IMG/VR virus record: IMGVR_UViG_3300032286_000926
Coordinates: 39,459 to 103,458 of that record
Length of the DNA stretch: 64,000 nucleotides
Reading direction: 5' to 3' (one strand)
Origin: a virus
The notes beneath the pieces were generated by a model. It was not told the DNA's origin, did not search any database, and saw only the letters and a list, made by a program, of their open reading frames with translations. Below, piece by piece: positions 21,192 through 30,000 of the stretch (the first letter of the stretch is position 1; the number at the start of each line of letters is the position of its first letter). A program made the translations under genes and the position numbers.

Positions 21192-21559
21192 ATGTAAAAT
21201 ACCAGATTATCAATATCAATTTAACTTCAATTGGCTCTGATGAACCCATTGAAGATGTACCTTGCGGTTCATGTACAATGTGCTGTGAAAAATTGACTCC
21301 ACATTTGACACCAGAAGAAGTGGCTTCTGGTTTATACCCATTGAGTTTAATACAACCAACACTTGAACAGGTTGCTGACAAACCAGAAGTAGGTCCAATT
21401 GTTACTTTGTATCGAAAACGAGAAGGTGGTTGTGGTATGTTTGTAAATGGCCAATGTAGTATTTACGAGTATAGACCTTTATCCTGTAGGCAATTTGACT
21501 GTCGGAAAGGTCATCATCCAAATATACCTAATCAATTAGACAAGAAAATTGACTGGTAA
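21188..21559 (+). CDS. YkgJ/CxxCxxCC family Fe/Zn-chelating protein (FliB-related)
   Basis: CGSCTMCC ... C..F..GQCSIYEYRPLSCRQFDC. Start re-assigned to ATG 21188 (ATGA overlap with upstream stop). Confidence 0.8.
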   Translation: MNVKYQIININLTSIGSDEPIEDVPCGSCTMCCEKLTPHLTPEEVASGLYPLSLIQPTLEQVADKPEVGPIVTLYRKREGGCGMFVNGQCSIYEYRPLSCRQFDCRKGHHPNIPNQLDKKIDW

Positions 21560-21581
21560 TACAACCAAGAGAACCTTGTGG

Positions 21582-21589
21582 CATAAATA
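21582..21589 (+). promoter_or_regulatory. Putative late promoter (CATAAATA)
   Basis: One mismatch to TATAAATA, intergenic before 21612. Confidence 0.55.
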
Positions 21590-21611
21590 CAACATAACAT
21601 AAGGAACCTTT

Positions 21612-21953
21612 ATGGCAGCATATTCCGAACTTTTTCTTGAACAGTATGCGGATTTTTCGACATACATCAATGTAGATGATACCCAAGGTGATGCAATCAA
21701 CCTTGCTGGTTATTCGGCCTCTTCTCAAATGAGAAAATCATATTATTCTTCTACCGCATATAATTTTGTGGTACAAATTAGTGATGCCGCCAAAGGTGAA
21801 ATTACACTTTCCATGAATGCTGCCAATACTGCAAATATGAGTCCTGGAAGATATGTGTATGACCTAAACATTAAAGATACCGCAAATGTTATAACCCGTG
21901 TGGTGGAAGGTATTGTGGTTATATCACCTGGAGCAACACGAAATGGCGGTTAA
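21612..21953 (+). CDS. Small virion protein (Ig/BppU-like beta-sandwich)
   Basis: INLAGY...SQMRKSY.S...GEITLSM...T....GRYVYD...TRVVEG....PG pattern common in T4-like aquatic phages. Confidence 0.65.
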   Translation: MAAYSELFLEQYADFSTYINVDDTQGDAINLAGYSASSQMRKSYYSSTAYNFVVQISDAAKGEITLSMNAANTANMSPGRYVYDLNIKDTANVITRVVEGIVVISPGATRNGG

Positions 21954-22194
21954 TGTTCGAATCGGTCAAAGAAAGACCATTGGTTCTGTAAAAGTAGGAC
22001 AGACCCAACCAACATTAATTAGCAATCCAAATCATACAGTAAAAACTAATATTGCTATGGCTGATATTACTGATGTATCAACTGCTAATTTGGAAAATGG
22101 TTTTACATTAATATACAATTCTGTGACTGAAAAATATGAAGTTTCTTCAATTAAAAACTTATCACCTACCAATATTACTGGTGGTTTATTTTAA
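21943..22194 (+). CDS. Small fibre-associated protein ending in GGLF
   Basis: Start re-assigned to ATG 21943 (MAVNVRIG); DITDV...NG.TLIYN...KY fibre motif. Confidence 0.6.
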   Translation: MAVNVRIGQRKTIGSVKVGQTQPTLISNPNHTVKTNIAMADITDVSTANLENGFTLIYNSVTEKYEVSSIKNLSPTNITGGLF

Positions 22195-22195
22195 A

Positions 22196-22203
22196 CATAA
22201 ATA
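22196..22203 (+). promoter_or_regulatory. Putative late promoter (CATAAATA)
   Basis: Intergenic before 22233. Confidence 0.55.
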
Positions 22204-22232
22204 GACAAGAAAAATAACAATTAAAGGTTTCT

Positions 22233-23870
22233 ATGGCAAATACACTAATTCAACTAAAATATTCCACAGTAACGGATAAACCAGCCAGACTGAATATTGC
22301 TGAACCAGCATATTCATATACTAGTAATACGCTGTTTATTGGAACTCCTGATAGTCAAGGTACTATCAATATTGGTGGTCTATTTTATACTTCTCAAATA
22401 GATAATGCAACCAATCTTGCAACTGCTAATACGATTGTCAAACGAGACGCTACAGGAAATGTGGCTGTTAATGTACTTACTGCAAATAGTTTTGTTGGTG
22501 CAATTACTGGTAATGCATCTACCGCAACAAAACTTCAAACTGCTCGAGACATTGGTCTTGCTGGTGATGCCACAGGTAATGTTTCTTTTGATGGTTCGTC
22601 TAATGTAACCCTTACAGTTGATTTGTCTGATACTGGTGTTGCTGCTGGAACATACGGTGGTTCCGCAAATATTCCTTACTTTACAGTTGACGTAGAAGGT
22701 CGTCTTACTGCTGCTGGTAATACCGCAATTTCTACAAACTTAAACTTTGATGGTAACTCAGGAACAGGTTCATTAAACCTTATTAACGATACTTTAAGTA
22801 TTAAAGGCCAATCCGGTATTTCTACTGTCGGTGTTGATGCTAACAATACTGTTCTTGTTAGCGTAGATAATACAGTTATTCGTTCAACAGGTACACAGAC
22901 CATTACTGGTGACCTTACTGTTACTGGTAATATTGTTTTTAACGGTAATACATTTACACAAAATGTAACAACATTAACTGTTAAAGACCCAATAATTTAT
23001 TTGGCAGCAAATAATTATTCATCGGATATACTTGATATTGGTTTTGCTGGTAATTATTATGATGGTGCATCAAATGTACACGCTGGTGTTGTTCGTGTTC
23101 ATGGCACAAATGATTTTTACATGTTTACTGGTTACAATGAAGAATTTGATAACAATTTACTCAATATTGCAAACCCAACATTAATACTTGCCAATACACA
23201 TACTAACATAACTGGCGGCCGTGTTTCTGGACTATCACAAGCAATCAATGTAGTTGATGGTGGTACAGGTCGCAACACATTTACAACAGGTTCAATTGTA
23301 ATTGGTAACGGCACTGGTGGATTACTTCAACTTGCTAACACAGGTACCGCAGGCACTTATGGTAATGCAGCTACTGTTCCTGTTGTTACAACAGATGCCT
23401 ATGGTCGTGTAAGTGGTGTAACAAATACCGCTATTGCGATTGATACTTCTGCTATCACTTCAGGTACATTAGGATTCTCCCGTGGCGGTACAGGTGCAAC
23501 ATCGTACACAACCGGTAATTTAATTGTTTCTGATGGATCAAAATTAGTATCACTCGCCAATACTACATATACACAAACAGGTGTATTATCAAGCGCAAAT
23601 ACTGTTACTGCAATTAACATTGATGCTTATGGTCGTACAACTACTTTAACAGCTGCACCGATTGCAATTTCTGCCGACCAAGTTACATCAGGTACATTAC
23701 CTGTTGGCCGTGGCGGTACAGGTGCAACATCATTCACATTAAATGGTGTTCTGTTAGGAAATAACGGTAGTGCGGTACAGACTGCTTCATCTTCAACAGA
23801 AGGTCATATTTTGACTATCAATGCTTCAGGTGTTCCTACATTCAGTATGCTGTCTGGTGGAACATTCTAA
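22233..23870 (+). CDS. Tail fibre protein (Mtd_N-like N-terminus, fibre repeats)
   Basis: IQLKYS...P..L...E.AY N-terminus; GNASTATKLQTARDI, AGTYG...VD..GR.T, RGGTGATS repeats; ends SGGTF. Confidence 0.75.
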   Translation: MANTLIQLKYSTVTDKPARLNIAEPAYSYTSNTLFIGTPDSQGTINIGGLFYTSQIDNATNLATANTIVKRDATGNVAVNVLTANSFVGAITGNASTATKLQTARDIGLAGDATGNVSFDGSSNVTLTVDLSDTGVAAGTYGGSANIPYFTVDVEGRLTAAGNTAISTNLNFDGNSGTGSLNLINDTLSIKGQSGISTVGVDANNTVLVSVDNTVIRSTGTQTITGDLTVTGNIVFNGNTFTQNVTTLTVKDPIIYLAANNYSSDILDIGFAGNYYDGASNVHAGVVRVHGTNDFYMFTGYNEEFDNNLLNIANPTLILANTHTNITGGRVSGLSQAINVVDGGTGRNTFTTGSIVIGNGTGGLLQLANTGTAGTYGNAATVPVVTTDAYGRVSGVTNTAIAIDTSAITSGTLGFSRGGTGATSYTTGNLIVSDGSKLVSLANTTYTQTGVLSSANTVTAINIDAYGRTTTLTAAPIAISADQVTSGTLPVGRGGTGATSFTLNGVLLGNNGSAVQTASSSTEGHILTINASGVPTFSMLSGGTF

Positions 23871-23883
23871 ATAGTTGTGAATA

Positions 23884-23905
23884 AACTGCCTAGAAATAGG
23901 CAGTT
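23884..23905 (+). other. Perfect 9-bp hairpin with GAAA tetraloop (AACTGCCTA-GAAA-TAGGCAGTT)
   Basis: Seen directly; no immediate U-tract, so it is not a clear intrinsic terminator. Confidence 0.65.
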
Positions 23906-23941
23906 CCCTAATATAAAATTTTTTAGTGAAAAGGACTTATA

Positions 23942-24460
23942 ATGAGTGTAGAATTTACCAATATTTACCAAGAGATTCTGCTTGAGAACTTAGTTTCAAT
24001 TATCAAGCAGAATTTTGTTTTTCAAACTCAACTTAAATTGAATGAAAATCTTGGTCAACAAAATGCAGAGTTACAACAAAAAGTAAACGAATTACAAGGT
24101 GCCGCAAGTCAACTTGAAATTTATAAAAATAGAGCTGACCAAAATAATTCAGCACATGAAGAAAAAAGTCGAATTCAGGCTGCATTGAATGAAGAAATGA
24201 AAAACTCTTCATTGTACAAGCAAGAAATTGACACCAAAAATCAAACTATCATTAAACTTTCAAATGAAATGAAAATAATGATAGATGAATTAGAAACACT
24301 TAGAGAACTTGTACCTGCATCCAAATTGAAAAAATTGGAGAAACCAAAACCGGTAGAAAAACCAGTAGAAGCGGTAAAAAAAGAAGAACCAAAAATTCAG
24401 AAATTTATTAAACCGGTTAACATTCAGCCATTGAAGGTTGATTCTGGTGGAACATTTTAA
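23942..24460 (+). CDS. Coiled-coil protein ending in DSGGTF
   Basis: Q/E/K-rich heptads, SD AAGGA upstream. Confidence 0.7.
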   Translation: MSVEFTNIYQEILLENLVSIIKQNFVFQTQLKLNENLGQQNAELQQKVNELQGAASQLEIYKNRADQNNSAHEEKSRIQAALNEEMKNSSLYKQEIDTKNQTIIKLSNEMKIMIDELETLRELVPASKLKKLEKPKPVEKPVEAVKKEEPKIQKFIKPVNIQPLKVDSGGTF

Positions 24461-24475
24461 TAAAAAGAAAGTCTT

Positions 24476-25087
24476 GTGTCTAATACATTAATACGATTAA
24501 AATATTCAACCACAACTGGTAATACACCAAGTTCTCTAGCCAATGGAGAAATTGCTATCAATGGATTTGATGGTAAAATTTTCTATGCTGATCCTTCTGG
24601 TATTGTAAAACCTTTTGTGGCTGATGCTGGTCCATCCGGTTTAAATACAGAAATACAATTCAATGATGCCGGTACTATGGCCGGTTCTGCAAATTTAACC
24701 TTTAATAAAACATCTGGTCTATTAAGTGTTGAATCTGCAAAATCCAATTCTTATTATGATATTAAAAATGTAGTTCGTCAAATATCAGCAAATGTAACTA
24801 CCACATCGGTTGTACAAACTGTTTTGGTAAGCTTTTTAGCCAACAATTACGGTAGTGGAAAATTTTTAATTCAAGCCACCAGAGGTTCTTCTAGACAAGT
24901 AACAGAATTACTGGTAGTACATGATGGTACAAATGTTTATGCCACAGAATATGCAATTGTCAGAACAGGTAATAATTTATTTGATATAGAAGTAGATAAT
25001 TTAATGGGAATTATTGCAGTAACGGCCACAAGTACAAGTGCAAATTCAACCACATATAAGGTAATGTCAACACTACTTTCGGCATAA
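24476..25087 (+). CDS. Fibre-associated protein (Mtd_N-like N-terminus)
   Basis: GTG start; IRLKYS...TPSSLANGEIAIN..DGKIF; IQFNDAG; C-terminal KFLIQAT...ELLVVHDG..VYATEY domain. Confidence 0.7.
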   Translation: MSNTLIRLKYSTTTGNTPSSLANGEIAINGFDGKIFYADPSGIVKPFVADAGPSGLNTEIQFNDAGTMAGSANLTFNKTSGLLSVESAKSNSYYDIKNVVRQISANVTTTSVVQTVLVSFLANNYGSGKFLIQATRGSSRQVTELLVVHDGTNVYATEYAIVRTGNNLFDIEVDNLMGIIAVTATSTSANSTTYKVMSTLLSA

Positions 25088-25101
25088 ATAAGACATAAAT
25101 A
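25083..25101 (+). promoter_or_regulatory. Tandem putative late promoters (CATAAATA x2)
   Basis: CATAAATA at 25083-25090 and 25094-25101. Confidence 0.5.
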
Positions 25102-25139
25102 AACAAAGTCCATTGGGGATAGAGAACCAAGGAAGGTAA

Positions 25140-25337
25140 ATGTCGAATAACAAAAAATTTGTCGCCAAAAATGGTGTACAAACTCAAAATATATTATTTG
25201 TTTCCACAGATGAAGCCAATAATTCCAACTTAACAGTATTGAATTCTGGAGATATTTCCATTGATGGTAATGTCCAACTAGATATTATTACTGCCAATGT
25301 CGTACAAGGTTCTCTAATTGACGGGGGTTCCTATTAA
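25140..25337 (+). CDS. Small virion adaptor protein (KKFVAKNG N-terminus, IDGGSY C-terminus)
   Basis: SD GGAAGG; coupled to next gene (TAATG). Confidence 0.6.
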   Translation: MSNNKKFVAKNGVQTQNILFVSTDEANNSNLTVLNSGDISIDGNVQLDIITANVVQGSLIDGGSY

Positions 25338-26668
25338 TGTCGGCAAATAATACAATCATTCACAAAAGGTCTAGTGTTGCAGGTAGAGTACCTGTTACAG
25401 CAAACCTTGCACTCGGTGAAATCGCAATTAATACCCATGACGGTAAGATGTTTGTACGTCGTGAAGAAGGTTCAAATAACTATATCGTCCAGATTGGTCC
25501 AGGTGCAGTCTCCAATGTTTATTATGTTGCGAAGAGTGGGTCAGACACAAACGATGGATTATCTCTCTCCAGCCCTTTCCTTACAATCAAAGCTGCCCTT
25601 GCCGTAGCGACTTCTGGCAGTACCGTATTTGTTAAAAGTGGTGATTATACCGAAGCAAATCCGGTAACAATACCGGCAGGTGTATCTGTTGTTGGTGATA
25701 ACCTAAGAACAGTATCGGTTCGGCCAGCAAACCCAACTTCTGATATTTTCTATATGAACAATAAGTGTTATGTTACAGGCATGACATTTCGAGACCATGT
25801 ATCTCCAGCTGCCGCAGTTGCTTTTAATCCTAATGGTTCTGCCGGTAACATTACAACAAGTCCATATGTTCAAAACTGTTCATCAATCACAACAACCGGT
25901 ACAGGTATGCGTATTGATGGTTCACACGTAACCGGTGGTATTCGTTCCATGGTTCTTGATGCCTTCACACAATTTAATGAAGGTGGTATTGGTGTTCACA
26001 TTTTAAATTCTGGTTATGCACAGTTGGTGAGTTTGTTTACTATTTGTTGTGATGATGCGGTATTGTGTGAATCTGGTGGCCAATGTTCTATTACCAACTC
26101 AAATAGTTCTTTTGGTACAAGAGGATTAGTTGCTCGAGGAAAAAGTTCATTATTGTTTACAGGTTATACAAATGGTGCCAATCCTGATTTATCAAGGTCT
26201 AATGTTGTTGTTGATGGATTGTCAACTAACATTCCAGCAGTTAATGATGCTTTGACAATAGATGGTGGCAATACATATTATACAATTACTGCAACAACAC
26301 CTTTGGTTGCAGGCCAAACATCTATTACTATTGCAGAAACATTACCAACAAATATTGCTGATAATACTCCTGTTCAGTTTTATCATAGAAGTTTTATTTC
26401 CGGTTCAGGACACACATTTGAATATGTTGGTTCTGGCAACACTTTAGCAAACGCATTACCACAATTTGGTGCTGTACCTATTCAAGAGAATCAAGTAGTT
26501 GAAACTGACGGTGGTAAAGTTTATTATTCAAGTACAGACCAATTTGGTAATTTCAATATTGGCGCAGAATTATTTTTCAATAGTGCAGACGGTGTAATCC
26601 AAGGACGCACTTTCAACCGCAGTTTATTTGCGGTTATGACCCCATACATATTAGCACTAGAAGGATAA
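25337..26668 (+). CDS. Virion protein: Mtd_N-like domain plus pectin-lyase-like beta-helix
   Basis: IHKRS..AG.VP....LGEIAINTHDGK; YYVAKSGSD.NDG...PFLTIKAA...VFVKSGDY.E...VVGDNLR; SPYVQNCS. Confidence 0.75.
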   Translation: MSANNTIIHKRSSVAGRVPVTANLALGEIAINTHDGKMFVRREEGSNNYIVQIGPGAVSNVYYVAKSGSDTNDGLSLSSPFLTIKAALAVATSGSTVFVKSGDYTEANPVTIPAGVSVVGDNLRTVSVRPANPTSDIFYMNNKCYVTGMTFRDHVSPAAAVAFNPNGSAGNITTSPYVQNCSSITTTGTGMRIDGSHVTGGIRSMVLDAFTQFNEGGIGVHILNSGYAQLVSLFTICCDDAVLCESGGQCSITNSNSSFGTRGLVARGKSSLLFTGYTNGANPDLSRSNVVVDGLSTNIPAVNDALTIDGGNTYYTITATTPLVAGQTSITIAETLPTNIADNTPVQFYHRSFISGSGHTFEYVGSGNTLANALPQFGAVPIQENQVVETDGGKVYYSSTDQFGNFNIGAELFFNSADGVIQGRTFNRSLFAVMTPYILALEG

Positions 26669-26674
26669 AAAGAA

Positions 26675-27010
26675 ATGGCAACCGGCGCACTTAATGCTTT
26701 TAAAACTGTTACCTCACAATTGACAACAGTTAACCAAATTATATACACGGCTCCTGATGGTTATACTGGAGTTGTTTTGATGGCACAAATTAGTAATGTC
26801 TCAAATGTTACATCAAACGCAACATTTATTTTGGATGACGGTTCTGCCAATACAGAACTATTGAAGGGTTTTGAAATACCACGAAACGATGCAATCTCAG
26901 CAACAGTAGGAAAATTAGTTATTGAAACGGGTAACTCAGTTCGTGGTTACGCTAGTGCAAATGGACAACTAAAGATGGTACTAAGCGTTTTGGAATCAGC
27001 TAATGAGTAA
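26675..27010 (+). CDS. Small beta-rich virion protein
   Basis: NAFKT...IYTAP...AQISN...GKLVIETG...VLSVLE pattern. Confidence 0.65.
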   Translation: MATGALNAFKTVTSQLTTVNQIIYTAPDGYTGVVLMAQISNVSNVTSNATFILDDGSANTELLKGFEIPRNDAISATVGKLVIETGNSVRGYASANGQLKMVLSVLESANE

Positions 27011-30000
27011 CAATAGAATACACAGCGGTAAAACAAAAAAGATACCTTCAGCCAATGTAAGTGCTGAACGTTATGAATTTATATCTTTAGGTGAGACCGA
27101 ACCTGATTTAGGTGTGCCTGCTGGCAATTCTTATGTTTTATCTGCCAACACAAATGGTACAAGAGCTTGGGTTCATCCAACTGCTATTCAAGGTACTTCT
27201 GGTTACTCCGGATATTCTGGCACATCAGGTTATTCTGGTTACTCAGGTACTTCAGGTTGGTCTGGTATTTCTGGTTACTCTGGTTATTCTGGTACCTCAG
27301 GATATAGTGGCATATCAGGTTACTCAGGAATCTCCGGCTGGTCAGGTATTAGTGGATATTCTGGTTACTCAGGTATATCAGGATATTCCGGTTACTCAGG
27401 TATTAGTGGATATTCCGGTTACTCAGGAATATCCGGATATTCTGGCATTTCTGGTTACTCTGGTTATTCTGGTGTAACTCCCGAAACAACAACATACACG
27501 GCCAACTCAATTAGTCTTACCAATGGTGTTTATGTTTCTGGTAATGTTGGTAGTGTTCAAACATTCAATGATGGTAATCAATACATTTTAACTGACGGTA
27601 GTAATACTGGTCCAGCCTGGATTGTTGATGTTGGTTTTACTGGTGTTACATCATTCAATCAAGTTGACCTGAACATTCAGTACACGCAAAATTCTGGTCA
27701 TACAGTTTACATTCAACTTTATAATAATAACACAACAACTTGGGACAATATTGGAAGTTATAATGGTCTTTCTGGTTATGTACAATTTCAATTAGGTGTT
27801 ATTGACTATGCGGCCTACATTAATGCTGGTGCCGTATCAGTAAGATTGTATCATAGCAATACAGGTAATCCAGCACATCAATCAAATATTGATTATGTTG
27901 CGATTGTTGATTCTATTTCAGGTGGCCAAGGTCCTAGAGGACTTTCTGGTACTTCAGGTTATTCTGGTTACTCTGGTAAATCTGGTTACTCCGGATATTC
28001 CGGTCAAGCCGGTTCTGCGATTGCAATTAAAGGATCGGTTGCAACATTTACAAGTTTACCTTCAACAGGAAATAATGTTGGTGATATTTACTATGTTACA
28101 GATGTAGGTTCTTTATATGTTTGGAATGGCGCAAGTTGGGATTTGATTGGCCAAATTGCAGGTGCTTCTGGTATCTCAGGTTATTCTGGTTACTCAGGTA
28201 CTTCAGGTTGGTCTGGTATTTCTGGATATTCTGGTTACTCCGGTATTTCAGGTTGGTCTGGTACTTCTGGTTTTTCTGGTAAAGAAGGCCAATTTGGTGG
28301 CGCATCATTCTATAACATCTTTACAACAGGTACTCCAGCTGCCAACGGCCAAATTGCTTTAAATAATGCTAGTGTATCTTTAGCAACAACTTTAACATAT
28401 GACTTTGAAGATAGATTTAGCACCAACGCTTATAGTTTCATACAAACTATCGATGATTCAACATCGTCAATCAAAGGTTCCGTTAAAATTACGGAACAAG
28501 CTAATACATTAAACTTTGTAATTTATGCTATTACAGGTAATCACACTCATGGTGTTACATCTTTTGATATACCAGTTTCTTATCTTTCCGGTCCAACAAC
28601 AGGATTTGCAAATAATGCCAATGTAATAACATCATTCCTTGTAACCGGTGATAGAGGTGATTCTGGTACTTCTGGATTCTCTGGTATCTCCGGATATTCT
28701 GGTTACTCAGGAATCTCCGGTTGGTCTGGTAGATCCGGTTACTCAGGATATTCTGGTATTAGTGGTTACTCCGGTTATTCTGGTATAAGTGGTTGGTCTG
28801 GTATTAGTGGATACTCAGGTTATTCTGGTATTTCTGGTTGGTCTGGTATTTCTGGTTATTCCGGTTACTCCGGCATTTCAGGTTGGTCAGGTATTAGCGG
28901 TTACTCCGGTTATTCTGGAATCTCCGGCTGGTCTGGTATTTCTGGTTATTCCGGATATTCTGGTACTTCAGGCTGGTCTGGCATCTCCGGATATTCTGGT
29001 ACTTCAGGCTGGTCTGGTATAAGTGGTTACTCTGGTTACTCAGGTACTTCAGGCTGGTCTGGTATAAGTGGTTACTCCGGTTACTCAGGTATCTCAGGTT
29101 ATTCTGGTTACTCAGGAATCTCCGGATATTCTGGTTACTCAGGAATCTCCGGCTGGTCTGGTATCTCTGGTTACTCCGGTTATTCTGGTATAAGTGGTTG
29201 GTCTGGTATTAGTGGATACTCAGGTTATTCTGGTATATCAGGTTGGTCAGGTATTAGCGGTTACTCCGGTTACTCAGGCATAAGTGGTTGGTCTGGTATT
29301 TCTGGTTATTCTGGTTATTCTGGAATCTCCGGCTGGTCAGGAATCTCGGGATATTCTGGTTACTCCGGTTATTCTGGAGATTCTGGAATATCAGGTTACT
29401 CCGGATATTCTGGCAGATCCGGTTACTCAGGATATTCTGGTACTTCAGGCTGGTCTGGTATTAGCGGTTACTCCGGTTATTCTGGAATCTCCGGCTGGTC
29501 TGGTATTTCTGGATATTCCGGTTACTCAGGTATATCAGGTTGGTCAGGTATTAGTGGATACTCAGGTTATTCTGGTATCTCAGGTTGGTCAGGTATCTCT
29601 GGTTACTCCGGTTATTCTGGTACCTCAGGCTGGTCTGGTATTTCTGGTTACTCCGGTTATTCTGGTATCTCCGGCTGGTCTGGTATTTCTGGTTATTCCG
29701 GTTACTCAGGCATTTCTGGTTGGTCTGGCATTAGCGGTTACTCCGGTTACTCAGGCATTTCTGGTTGGTCAGGTATCTCTGGTTACTCAGGATATTCTGG
29801 TACCTCAGGCTGGTCTGGTATTTCTGGTTATTCTGGTTATAGTGGTACCTCAGGCTGGTCTGGTATTTCTGGTTACTCCGGTTATTCTGGTATAAGTGGT
29901 TGGTCTGGTATCTCAGGTTATTCTGGTTATTCTGGTATTTCTGGATATTCTGGTTACTCAGGAATCTCTGGCTGGTCTGGTATAAGTGGTTACTCCGGTT

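Noticed and set aside
25085-25140. Gene 60-style ribosomal bypass between 24476 and 25140
   Set aside because: No matched take-off and landing codons; the downstream gene has its own SD and ATG.
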